A stretch of DNA of 64,000 bases from Bacteroidia bacterium. GTDB taxonomy: Bacteria > Bacteroidota > Bacteroidia > M30B66. Each line of letters begins with the position of its first letter. Position 1 is the first letter of the stretch. Location: the NCBI GenBank assembly GCA_965279035.1, contig OZ257142.1, forward strand, positions 2,624,001-2,688,000, in the 5' to 3' direction. A program made the translations under genes and the position numbers. Below, piece after piece: positions 1 to 9,174 of this stretch. Below the pieces are notes generated by a model. It had not been told where the DNA came from, did not search any database, and was given only the letters and a program-made list of their open reading frames with translations.

Positions 1-1
1 A

Positions 2-652
2 ATTGAGACCGGTAGCAAATGTAACTTGAACTTGTTGCGTACTATCACCAATACAATTGATAGGTTGTGCCGAAAGGATAGGTTGATCGAGAGCGCCAGT
101 GAGTTCGAATGCGGATGCATATACTGAATCGCAGGCGACATATTTACTCAAATTGATGATTGCCGTACTACTTGAACATGCTGGAATTGGAATAACAGCA
201 TCTATTTGAGGTGGAACGGGAGGAACAACTTCAGTCGTCCAATGAGCTTCCCAACCAGTACATGCAACACTGGCATCTGTTACAAAATGTAAAGTGATGC
301 ATCCACTTGTAATAGTATGACTAGGTGGTAAAATTGTGCCTCCGTAGGGTGGACCAATTTGAGGATCGAGATAGGATGAACCAGCGTGAAAGGTAAGTGT
401 GTCGGAACTTTGCTCAACACAAAATTCATCAAAACTTAAGGTCAATGTTCCGGGTGCATCTAAACAAATTGTAAATGATTCATTGGCATTGTGATGATAA
501 TTTAATCCATCACCCCCATCATCGTATAAAATCCCTTTGCATTCGGTGACAGTAGTATCCGACATATTGAATTCCAGTTGTGCTAATAGATTTTCTGCTC
601 CGCAAATCAGCAGAAAAAACAAGGCTAGCACATGACTGAAATTGATTTTCAT
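2..652 (-). CDS. Secreted CUB-domain protein, 3' end beyond window start (not in ORF track)
   Basis: Hand translation from ATG at 652 (ATGA overlap with the stop of 649-1095): MKINFSHVLALFFLLICGAENLLAQLEFNMSDTTVTECKGILYDDGGDGLNYHHNANESFTICLDAPGTLTLSFDEFCVEQSSDTLTFHAG...SGCITLHFVTDASVACTGWEAHW. Signal peptide plus bacterial CUB-like pattern; frame is open to the window edge. Confidence 0.8.
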   Translation of the reverse strand, partial: MKINFSHVLALFFLLICGAENLLAQLEFNMSDTTVTECKGILYDDGGDGLNYHHNANESFTICLDAPGTLTLSFDEFCVEQSSDTLTFHAGSSYLDPQIGPPYGGTILPPSHTITSGCITLHFVTDASVACTGWEAHWTTEVVPPVPPQIDAVIPIPACSSSTAIINLSKYVACDSVYASAFELTGALDQPILSAQPINCIGDSTQQVQVTFATGLN

Positions 653-1095
653 TGGCGCTTTATAACAATCGCGTCGGTTGTAACTGAAGTGCTCCAATCG
701 CCTTTTTGATCGCGTAGGCGGATGGTGAAATTGACCGATTCATAATCTCCGTTTCCTAGGAGAAATAAAGAATTGAGCTTTACTTTTATTTGTCCACGAA
801 TGAAGAGTTCTTTTCCATCGGGGCTTAATGGTTGAATGTGAAATAGATCGGCTGTACTTAAACGTGAGTCTTTGATTTCAAGATCGTTCACATCAGGATC
901 GATACTTCCGATATCGCCGTTAATATCTTCATATTGTATTGTAACAAAAGCAGAATCTTGAAATTGAATCAATGAATCGGGAGTGATAGATAAAACGCCA
1001 ATTACAGGTGCTGCTGGATTATTCACCTTTTCTTTTTCGCTGCAGGCAAAGAGTAGAAAGCAACTTAGAAATCCGAAAATAAGTGGCTTCATCAT
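649..1095 (-). CDS. Lipoprotein with DxNGD motif (cassette copy 1, gene E)
   Basis: Start reassigned to MMKPLIFGFLSCFLLFAC at 1095 (ATGA overlap with upstream stop); lipobox FAC-SEKEK; YEDINGDIG motif; paralogue of 56638-57081. Confidence 0.8.
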   Translation of the reverse strand: MMKPLIFGFLSCFLLFACSEKEKVNNPAAPVIGVLSITPDSLIQFQDSAFVTIQYEDINGDIGSIDPDVNDLEIKDSRLSTADLFHIQPLSPDGKELFIRGQIKVKLNSLFLLGNGDYESVNFTIRLRDQKGDWSTSVTTDAIVIKRQ

Positions 1096-2036
1096 TCTCC
1101 GATTTGAAATGAATAAAAATGTTTGATGTATTCGGCACTTCCGTTCGAAGGCATTTCGGTAGGTGATGAAGCTGCATCTTGCACATAAGCGCGAATAAAC
1201 CAAGGTTGTGTTCCTGAAATACCGGCGAGCGAAAGCGTGAATTTATGTCGAAATGGAACTTGATTTCCTGAATAGCCTAATTCTGAAACAGCATTTACTA
1301 AACTTAGATTTTGCTCAGCTACCGATGAAAAATCATTCATGTAAGAACCACATTTCACTTTTAAATACGTGAGTTGATCAATGGCGGTTTGATCATCTGT
1401 TATGGATAGCCAAACATCGACAGCACTTGTTCCAACAGGAATAACAATAGAACCTGAAGTTGAATTCCTTGGAAAAGGATTGGTACTTCCTACGGATGAA
1501 ATAAAGATTCCTTGAAGTTGTGGTGGTAAATCGAAATCAGCAGGAGCATTTCCGAAAATATCTTTGGCTCCGTTTTGAATCCAGTTTTGAATGTTTTCGA
1601 TGTATTGCGCTTTTTTGGAATTCCAATCGGAAGATGGTTCTAAAACCAAAGGCATTATGCCAGATTGTCCATCAATATCAATCATCAATCGTTGATATAA
1701 AATGGAATTTTGATAATCGCCCGGAACAACACGGTAGGTATAGTTTCCAGCAGGAGAATTCTTAATTATCGGACGTAATACAAGCGTATTGTAAGTGCTT
1801 TCGGGTGTTCTAAAATCAGGTTCAAAGGTTCCGTCGTGGCAGCCTGAATTGGCACAGGTAGGAGCAAAAATAGCTTGATGCAATCCTGCTAAAGAATTAG
1901 GATCGGGCACTGAATGATGATTCGATGTATCTGTTGGTTGGTTGACAATAAGGTCGTACGGATTTTCTTTTTCTGCCTTTTTACAAGCAAAAAGAAGAAG
2001 TAAACTAAAGAAAATTGCAAAGCGCATTGGAATCAT
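1092..2036 (-). CDS. Cytochrome c lipoprotein, PSCyt1-like, CX4CH haem motif (cassette copy 1, gene D)
   Basis: Lipobox LFAC-KKAEKE; IFAPTCANSGCHDG...RVVPGDYQNSILYQRL...IMP...WIQNGA matches the planctomycete cytochrome c domain pattern; paralogue of 55689-56633. Confidence 0.75.
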   Translation of the reverse strand: MIPMRFAIFFSLLLLFACKKAEKENPYDLIVNQPTDTSNHHSVPDPNSLAGLHQAIFAPTCANSGCHDGTFEPDFRTPESTYNTLVLRPIIKNSPAGNYTYRVVPGDYQNSILYQRLMIDIDGQSGIMPLVLEPSSDWNSKKAQYIENIQNWIQNGAKDIFGNAPADFDLPPQLQGIFISSVGSTNPFPRNSTSGSIVIPVGTSAVDVWLSITDDQTAIDQLTYLKVKCGSYMNDFSSVAEQNLSLVNAVSELGYSGNQVPFRHKFTLSLAGISGTQPWFIRAYVQDAASSPTEMPSNGSAEYIKHFYSFQIGE

Positions 2037-3375
2037 ATTCGTTCGAATAATGAGCGAGCGCCCGATTGAATTAAACCAGCATTCATCACTTCATCTTTTA
2101 CCCCTAAAATATCGGCAATGGTTGGAACATTATCGGAAGTAAAACCAACAGGATTTGATTCAGAACCAATCACCAAATTCGAAGGAACCGAAGGACCAGC
2201 CATCAAAGTAAACACACGAGAAGAATTCAAATCACTGTGATCATAAGCATACCAATCGTTCACGTCTTTAATTGGGTTGTGATTTAGATTCCTGCCACAT
2301 TCGGGAGAAGCAATGATGATGGTATCATTTGCCATTCCAGGAATTTGTGTTTGTAGATAATTCCAAAGATGACCAACAGCATGATCGGCACGATGAAGAG
2401 CACGTAAGTAACCTGTAAAGTCGCTATGGCAACCATCAACGCCACTTAAGTTGACAACTGTAATAGCCGGTTGAAAAACGCGCATCACTTCACAAGCAAA
2501 ACCAATCGAAATGGCATCGCTATCATCGGTAACTGAAGGAAATGGAATCGCACCTTGAGTTACACGATCGTAGGTATCGCGCATGAACTGTTTGATTTGT
2601 TGTTTTTCCTCTTCTGTATTTCCAAGTGAATCGCTCCCCTGCCCTACGCTATTAAAGCTTTGATCAAGAAAGTATTTCATTTGGTACATTGATTGAGTTC
2701 ATTTTCGGGATGATACACTTTCGCATTGGAAAGATGTTCAAAGCCAAGATTTCCAAATGTGACCGTTGGTGCAAAGAAATTCGCCCCGTATTGAGAACCG
2801 TAATTAGGATGATTGCTATAATTGAGCAATGGGATTGAGTTTCCGATTCCATTTCCGATAAACCAAGCATCTGTAGCTGAATAGCCACCGTGACGTCGGA
2901 GATATTCGAAAATTGTAGGATTAACGGGCTTTTGCTTTAAACCTTGAGTTGTTACAGTACTTCCTTGCAGCAGGTTATTCAATCCACCATAATGTCCGTT
3001 GGATTGGCTACCCACTTCTTTAAACAAAATACCTTGAGATTGTAGTGTTTGATTGAGAATGCGAGGTATTGGTGTTCCGCCAGAAGCTCCGCCACCTTGA
3101 TCGGTTCCGTAGACAATTTTATTGGTTGGAGCATCCCCATCGAGCATGTTGTACATTACATTACCTTCCCATGGCAAACCTTGAGAATCGCTGAGGTAGC
3201 GTTGAAGCACGGATTCTTGTTGACGAACACCGCCAGCAAAAAGTACATACACCACATGACTAGCAATTTGTCGCCCTGTAGAGGCAAATAATCTACCGGA
3301 TGGAAGTATGTAAGGAGCTGCAAAAGCCCCAGCAGAAGCGATTCCGGCAGCCCGGATAAAACGGCGACGATTCAT
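2033..3375 (-). pseudogene. Tat-exported DUF1501-like / alkaline phosphatase superfamily protein split by a frameshift near 2690 (cassette copy 1, gene C)
   Basis: ORFs 2677-3375 and 2033-2689 match the N- and C-terminal halves of the intact 437-aa paralogue at 54379-55692. Twin-arginine signal MNRRRFIRAAG; motifs LFAGGVR, DGCH and PECGR...YDH. Could be an assembly error rather than a true pseudogene. Confidence 0.7.
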
Positions 3376-3381
3376 AGGCGG

Positions 3382-3879
3382 CTAGTAATACAGGTATTCG
3401 TTTGATAATGCAAAGGAGAAATACACCATTTCGGCACTGAGTTGAGGATGTGCTTCAATGAAATTGCGAAACCAGGTAATTTCAGCTTCTGAGGGAATGC
3501 GTACAAAAAAGCGCTCGTAGGTATCACGAATGAATTTATCCGGATTGGAGCGCATGGTTGAATCGGTTGGAAGTGAAACCGAAGGATTATTCATGAAATT
3601 GGAAATCAGCACTTCGCGTCCGAGTTCTTTATCTCCAATGGATTCAAGACAATCGATAATTTCTACGAGTTTATTCCCCGATAAGGCTTGCTGAAAAAGG
3701 TTAGTATATAGAATCGAAACATATTGTTCCTGCGATTTGACTTTATTTTTCGCACCAATAGATGGATAGAGTTTGATTTGATTTAATTCAAATTGATCAG
3801 GCTCAGCTTCTTTTTTGCAACTGCTCGCCCCAACAAGAACAAACCATAAAATCACTATGAAAAATGATTGCTTTTTCAT
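3382..3879 (-). CDS. Helical lipoprotein with DUF1553-like C-terminus (cassette copy 1, gene B)
   Basis: Lipobox ASSC-KKEAE; TYERFFVRIPSEAE...FALSNEYLYY; paralogue of 53893-54375. Confidence 0.75.
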   Translation of the reverse strand: MKKQSFFIVILWFVLVGASSCKKEAEPDQFELNQIKLYPSIGAKNKVKSQEQYVSILYTNLFQQALSGNKLVEIIDCLESIGDKELGREVLISNFMNNPSVSLPTDSTMRSNPDKFIRDTYERFFVRIPSEAEITWFRNFIEAHPQLSAEMVYFSFALSNEYLYY

Positions 3880-3882
3880 TGT

Positions 3883-4812
3883 CTAGAAATTAGCGTATTC
3901 GTTTGTAATGATGAGTCTTTTTTGCAATGCTTTCAGATCGTTGTCTTGTCCGAATAGCAACATTTCATCGTAAATTTCTGCTGAACTTGGATTTCGTCCA
4001 AGGTAGGTTTGGAATGCCCAAATGATAGTTCCTTCGCGGCATTCACGGCTTTGAGTTATGAGAGAAACATACTCTGTTTTATTTTCACCACTGGAATTAA
4101 AGAGCACACCGGCAATATTACTTTCAACCATATTGTAGGCAATATCAAATTCGGCAGCACTCGGAAAACGATAAAACAAATCGTTGAAACTCGCATTGAC
4201 GAAATTGAAAGAATTCATATTGATGATGTCGTAAATCGCATTATTGATCATGGCTGCATATTGCTGTTGTAGGGTAATTTCGCCAGCCATATAACGGGTT
4301 GCTGAGAGTAATACATTTTCCATTAAGTGATAGCGTCCCATATCTTCTTCATAACCAGAAGTATTTCCACTTAATGAATCGCTAATGGCATTGCTTCGAT
4401 AAATTCCTGCTTGCTGAATTAATTGAGCTTCTGAAACACCATCAAGAAAGCGGATTTTACCTAAATCGTAGAGTCGTTTGTGATAGGCGAGTGTGTAGGA
4501 AGTATCGCCATCACGGAAGGTTGTATCCGTCATCAGTTTGTCAACCAAAGCAGCTCGAGCTTCAGCATTGGCATTTCCCGATTGTACAGCGGCAGTTTGA
4601 AGATCCATTTCAGCATCGGTTGGTTCACGCCCAATAAGATCGATGTATGTTCGATTGACGAAATTTCGAACCTTCACCGAGGATACTGAATTATAAGCTG
4701 GAGGAGTATTATTGGTATATAAATCTGAGCTTTCCTTTTTACAAGAGAAAACCAGCATGCTAGTCATTAGAAGAAATACAAAGAGAAGTCCTTGAGCTAT
4801 TTTCAACCGCAT
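3883..4812 (-). CDS. Helical lipoprotein with DUF1549/DUF1553-like repeats (cassette copy 1, gene A)
   Basis: Lipobox VFSC-KKESS; three R-x-P-[ST]-x-x-E units (RTYIDLIGREPTDAE, FNDLFYRFPSAAE, AFQTYLGRNPSSAE); paralogue of 53013-53888. Confidence 0.75.
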   Translation of the reverse strand: MRLKIAQGLLFVFLLMTSMLVFSCKKESSDLYTNNTPPAYNSVSSVKVRNFVNRTYIDLIGREPTDAEMDLQTAAVQSGNANAEARAALVDKLMTDTTFRDGDTSYTLAYHKRLYDLGKIRFLDGVSEAQLIQQAGIYRSNAISDSLSGNTSGYEEDMGRYHLMENVLLSATRYMAGEITLQQQYAAMINNAIYDIINMNSFNFVNASFNDLFYRFPSAAEFDIAYNMVESNIAGVLFNSSGENKTEYVSLITQSRECREGTIIWAFQTYLGRNPSSAEIYDEMLLFGQDNDLKALQKRLIITNEYANF

Positions 4813-4995
4813 AATTCGAACGAAGAATGGTACAAGTTAAACCTGAAACAACCTCAATCCAAATTATTATTTTCTGTAACTCACAGAATTCGTGTAAGAA
4901 ATAGAATATCTGTAAACAACAGCATAAAATTAACAAACACGCAAATGCCTAATATTCAAAAGTTAAGATGCTAAGCTCGTTTATAGAACAAGAAT

Positions 4996-5029
4996 AAAAA
5001 AAGCCTCAAACAGGAATATGTAAGAGGCA
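4996..5029 (-). terminator. Probable intrinsic terminator after the methyltransferase
   Basis: GCCTC...GAGGC stem followed by a T-run on the minus strand; stem is short and the loop long. Confidence 0.45.
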
Positions 5030-5069
5030 TTTTGTTTTGAAAATGAATGCGTGTAGGGAAACTTACAGG

Positions 5070-5831
5070 TTATTCGTGTTCGATTTTGAAATAGAAACCA
5101 GAAGCTAAAAATGCAGGAAGCGCTCCAGCAAGTTTATTATCAATACGAGCGATGCTTTTTAAGGGAATAAAAGGAAGGTATGTTTCGATGATTGGGGCGA
5201 AAACATAAGCCTTTTTCACTTCGGTAATTTTCAAACCATATTGCTTTAATTCTCTTCGCATACGCGAAACGGTAAAGAAATTTACGTGAGGAGTTTCGTA
5301 ATTCTGGGAATAAGGTTCTTTCTTTCCGAGTACACGTTTCACTTTGAGGATGAAATTATTCAAACCCATTTTACGCATTAAATACAAAGGCTGCATAGCA
5401 ATTTCGAATGGACCACGACCATTAGGAACTGTGATAAGCAGCTTCATGTTTTTATCCGAATTCTTCCCTAAATAATCTAAGATTTCATGATATGGACCAA
5501 TATGTTCCAACACTTCGGTTAGAATGATGTATTCCATTCCAGCAAGAGGTGAATCTTGGAGGTATTCGAATTTAAAATGGACGTTAGGAAGTGTATTGGC
5601 AGCGATGGCAATATCTAGAGTAGGTTGATGAATATCAATGCCTAAAATTTCTGAATTATCGATTGTTCCAAGTGGAATAGTAACGTTTCCTGTTCCTGCA
5701 CCCACATCGAGCACTTTCACTTTAGAACCTGGAGTTCTTCCTTTATCTATTGTATCGTAAATCCATTCTAATCGACTTAAATGGCAAGGATATTCGGTGT
5801 ATTGGGTATACTTGATTGCTTCTTGTTTCAT
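5070..5831 (-). CDS. Class I SAM-dependent methyltransferase
   Basis: VLDVGAGTG motif I; ILTEVLEHI; LITVPN. Confidence 0.9.
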   Translation of the reverse strand: MKQEAIKYTQYTEYPCHLSRLEWIYDTIDKGRTPGSKVKVLDVGAGTGNVTIPLGTIDNSEILGIDIHQPTLDIAIAANTLPNVHFKFEYLQDSPLAGMEYIILTEVLEHIGPYHEILDYLGKNSDKNMKLLITVPNGRGPFEIAMQPLYLMRKMGLNNFILKVKRVLGKKEPYSQNYETPHVNFFTVSRMRRELKQYGLKITEVKKAYVFAPIIETYLPFIPLKSIARIDNKLAGALPAFLASGFYFKIEHE

Positions 5832-6622
5832 CAGATATTGATTCCTACTTTTTTAAGGTTGCGTTTGATGGTATTTTTCAAAGTTTCTTTTACGTCGGTT
5901 TTTACCTTTTTAATCAATCCTTCTTCGGGACGTGCTTTGAATACGGTATCATGAAAACGGGCAGCATCTTCACGAAGATCAGTGTAGAAATAACTGTAGA
6001 AAGATTTCCGTGTTTCACCTTCGGGAACATTGATTTTACTGTAACCGTGGTAAGAGATTTCATTGGTTTCGAAAATCACACAGCGATTTAATATTGGTAG
6101 GACTTTCTGTTCGAGTTTGCTTACATCTTTATTCCATAATTCAACGTGTCCACCATAGCTTTCTTGCCAATGTTTATTTAAAAAGATGAGCAGATTTACA
6201 CGACGATGGATATTTCGTGCAGTATGAATATTAAAATCAATATGCACATCGAGGTAAGAATCTTTTCCACCTTGATGAACACCCATCCCTAGAGCATCTT
6301 CAACAGAATATAAATTTTCAATCCCTGTAATGGTGCTGAGTGTTTTATAAAATTCTGGTTTATTGAGTTCTGCACGAAGTTGAGTAAATGCAGGATGAAA
6401 ATTCTCAAATCCAGATCCTTCAGATTTATGTTCATTTAATCCATGGTAATTCCGCGACATTAAATCAAATCCAGGGAAATTTTCATACAAGGTTTCAGCG
6501 AATGTAGGCTCCAAAAAATTGTCGATTACCAAATGACGAAACGGAAGACCAGCATCAAACTGTTTATGTAATGCCTGAAGATTTGCAGGTTCAAAAAATG
6601 CTGCAGGAATAATGGTTGACAT
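5831..6622 (-). CDS. 2OG-Fe(II) oxygenase
   Basis: PFRHLVIDNFL; HxD (HID); distal His (SYHG); RKS co-substrate motif; stop overlaps the next start. Confidence 0.9.
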   Translation of the reverse strand: MSTIIPAAFFEPANLQALHKQFDAGLPFRHLVIDNFLEPTFAETLYENFPGFDLMSRNYHGLNEHKSEGSGFENFHPAFTQLRAELNKPEFYKTLSTITGIENLYSVEDALGMGVHQGGKDSYLDVHIDFNIHTARNIHRRVNLLIFLNKHWQESYGGHVELWNKDVSKLEQKVLPILNRCVIFETNEISYHGYSKINVPEGETRKSFYSYFYTDLREDAARFHDTVFKARPEEGLIKKVKTDVKETLKNTIKRNLKKVGINI

Positions 6623-6641
6623 GATAGTGGCGTTAGATCGA

Positions 6642-6649
6642 CAAATATA
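6642..6649 (-). promoter_or_regulatory. Bacteroidota -7 promoter box TATATTTG
   Basis: Matches TAnnTTTG about 20 nt upstream of the oxygenase start. Confidence 0.55.
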
Positions 6650-6696
6650 CTGTTTGAAATGAGAACAATTACCCAGATTCGTTTTGAGTTTTAGTC

Positions 6697-6735
6697 AAAA
6701 AAAAATCCCGCTAATCTGAGGACTAGCGGGATTTT
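6697..6735 (-). terminator. Intrinsic terminator after outer-membrane protein gene
   Basis: AAAATCCCGCTA / TAGCGGGATTTT stem with a long T-tract on the minus strand. Confidence 0.85.
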
Positions 6736-6751
6736 CGAGAATGATATTTAT

Positions 6752-7651
6752 TTAGAAATGGAAGTTGATACGTAAGGCACCAGAAGTAGTACCTGTTAAA
6801 TTGCGATCAGTATCTAAAGAAAAACGACCACCTTTTGAACCATCAATAGTTTGAGTTCCAATGGTTGGTGTTTGTGCTTGGAAATTAACTGATTCAGTAG
6901 TAGTAGAACCAGCACCTGAACTAGCAATTGTAAGTCCCCAACCAAATTCACCAGCAAGGGAAATTTTAGGGAAGATGAAATATTCTACACCACCAAATCC
7001 ACGAAGTGTGAATGCGAAAGAACTTCCAAATTTTTGCTCAGTCACACGAGCAGTATTGCCATAAGTATCATTAACAATATTGATTGAAGTCTCATTTTCT
7101 TGTCCCCAATCAGTTGAAATTGCGTTAACAGCTGTAGAATCATTTAATGCATTTCCATATTCAAATGTTCTACTTGAATTACTGAATGTAATCATAACAT
7201 CAGCACCGTAATATCCTTGAAGACGAGTAGTTCCACGACGCCATTCAAGTCCACCACCTAATCCAACGTTCATTCCTGATTGTTTGTATTTGTCTTCCAC
7301 CATGGCAGGTACAGCAGGATAAACTGGAGCAGTTATACCAGCTTGCATAATGTTAGCAGACCAATGTTGAGAGTTACTTCCAATACGCAATATTCCACGA
7401 TAGGCCATTTTGTCGGTTCTGAAATACTTACCAACGATGGTTTGCGTGGCATTTAAGAAATTTTGTGTTGGTGCTGAATTCCCATTTGAACTCAACATGT
7501 TTCCAACATAATTTAAAAATGGAGTTGCATCAACACCTACAGACCAATCGCCTGCTTCAGGAAGATAATTTTCTCCTTTTTTAGATGTTAATTGTGCTTG
7601 AGCAGAACCGAATCCAAAGAGGAGAGCTGCTAAGAATAAACCTTTTTTCAT
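6752..7651 (-). CDS. Outer-membrane beta-barrel protein
   Basis: Start reassigned to MKKGLFLAALLFGFGSAQA (signal peptide); amphipathic strands (GFGGVEYFIFPKISLAGEFGWG); C-terminal Phe (LRINFHF). Confidence 0.8.
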   Translation of the reverse strand: MKKGLFLAALLFGFGSAQAQLTSKKGENYLPEAGDWSVGVDATPFLNYVGNMLSSNGNSAPTQNFLNATQTIVGKYFRTDKMAYRGILRIGSNSQHWSANIMQAGITAPVYPAVPAMVEDKYKQSGMNVGLGGGLEWRRGTTRLQGYYGADVMITFSNSSRTFEYGNALNDSTAVNAISTDWGQENETSINIVNDTYGNTARVTEQKFGSSFAFTLRGFGGVEYFIFPKISLAGEFGWGLTIASSGAGSTTTESVNFQAQTPTIGTQTIDGSKGGRFSLDTDRNLTGTTSGALRINFHF

Positions 7652-7759
7652 GTGTAAGAATTTTGGTACACACAAATTTTAGGTGAATTAATTAATTCTA
7701 ATCACAAGGTTTTAATAGTTTCTTAACAAGCAATTGTGAGAAACAATGGCTCTGAAATT

Positions 7760-8224
7760 TTAAATAATATTTATCTGACGCGAAAATCCTTGCTCTAATG
7801 TGATAAATGTTTCGGTTCTTTGAATTCCAGGAATTGGTTGGATTTTCTCATTTAAAACCTCGCGTAAATGACTCGTATCACGACAAAGTACCTTGGCAAA
7901 AATGCTGTAAACACCCGTTGTATAATGCAACTCAACGATTTCAGAAATGTCCATCATTTTTTGACGAGCATCATTATAAGCAGAACCCTTGTCTAAAAAT
8001 ATTCCGATAAAGGCACAAATATCATAACCAATAACCGTAGGATTAATAATCAGTTGTGAGCCAATAACAACTCCTATTTCGATCAATTTTTTCATTCGAA
8101 CATGAATCGTTCCGGCAGAAACATCAAGCTGTTTAGCAATTTCTGTATAAGGAACAACAGCATCATTCATTAAGATGGTTAAAATTTTCCTATCGAGCGA
8201 GTCAATATCAGCACCTTTACTCAT
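7760..8224 (-). CDS. asnC: Lrp/AsnC family transcriptional regulator (AsnC-like)
   Basis: IDSLDRKIL...PYTEIAK...GTIHVRMKK HTH; YTTGVYSIF; RTETFI. Confidence 0.85.
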   Translation of the reverse strand: MSKGADIDSLDRKILTILMNDAVVPYTEIAKQLDVSAGTIHVRMKKLIEIGVVIGSQLIINPTVIGYDICAFIGIFLDKGSAYNDARQKMMDISEIVELHYTTGVYSIFAKVLCRDTSHLREVLNEKIQPIPGIQRTETFITLEQGFSRQINII

Positions 8225-8323
8225 ATATTAAATGTTAGATTGAATTTGAATTCAATAATCTTACAGAAATCGACGGCAAATATAGAATAATATTGAAGTA
8301 TAGTCAACAAAGTGAACCGTTCC

Positions 8324-9127
8324 TTAACTTTTTGATAATTCAGTTGCTCTTTTCTGAGCAGCCAAAATTGCTTTTTGCAATGATTCACCTAAATGGAATT
8401 CTTCAAAAACCCGAAATGCCGCTTCGGTTGTACCACCTTTAGATGCAACTGCTTGAATTAATTCATCTAAGCTCTTATCTGCTTGATTAACTAAATGAAA
8501 AGCACCTAACATGGTTTGTTTTACAAGCATGGAAGAAACTCCTTCATCCAATCCCATGACTTTACCTGCTTCAATCATGTGCTTGATGAGATAAAAGAAA
8601 TAGGCAGGACCACTTCCACTTAAAGCAGTAACAGCATCTAATTGAGATTCTTCATCTAAATATACTGTTCTGCCTGTTGTAGATAATAATTGTTCAGCTT
8701 TTCGAACATGCTCAGTACTCGTTTCGGGAGAAGAAATTAAAGCTGTTATTCCCATACCTAAACTTGCAGGAGAATTAGGCATCGCCCTAACCAAGCTTTT
8801 ATGTTGAAGACGTTCTTCTAAAACAGATAGTCGAACGCCAGCCATAATGGATATAACAACACAATTGGGATTTAAATGATGTTTCAGAATGCTGGCAAGC
8901 TCTAAAAAATCTTGAGGTTTAACAGCAAGAAGCAGAATATCGCTCGATTCAATTAATGGATCATTGGGTGTGACTACTTTTCCAAGGGCCATTTTTTGAA
9001 GTTCTACTACCCGTGCTTCATTTTTCTCAACAAGTAATAATTCATCGGACTTAACTAAAGCGTATTTTAAAAATGCACGGGCATAAATTAATCCCATGTT
9101 ACCACAACCAATCAGCGTTATTTTCAT
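8324..9127 (-). CDS. proC: Pyrroline-5-carboxylate reductase
   Basis: IGCGNMG, LAVKPQ, RAMPN, TALSGSGPAY, SKGGTT. Confidence 0.97.
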   Translation of the reverse strand: MKITLIGCGNMGLIYARAFLKYALVKSDELLLVEKNEARVVELQKMALGKVVTPNDPLIESSDILLLAVKPQDFLELASILKHHLNPNCVVISIMAGVRLSVLEERLQHKSLVRAMPNSPASLGMGITALISSPETSTEHVRKAEQLLSTTGRTVYLDEESQLDAVTALSGSGPAYFFYLIKHMIEAGKVMGLDEGVSSMLVKQTMLGAFHLVNQADKSLDELIQAVASKGGTTEAAFRVFEEFHLGESLQKAILAAQKRATELSKS

Positions 9128-9174
9128 AAAGAATATAGAATTGAAACACTACCTAAATAATCCTTGATATTGCT

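Noticed and set aside
2670-2705. Programmed -1 ribosomal frameshift in the split DUF1501-like gene
   Set aside because: The -1 frame has a TGA only three codons before the ATG at 2689. The short shift window contains no X XXY YYZ slippery heptamer or homopolymer run.
4813-6622. Oxygenase and methyltransferase as part of the five-gene cassette
   Set aside because: They are separated from it by about 255 bp containing a terminator-like hairpin, and are absent from copy 2.
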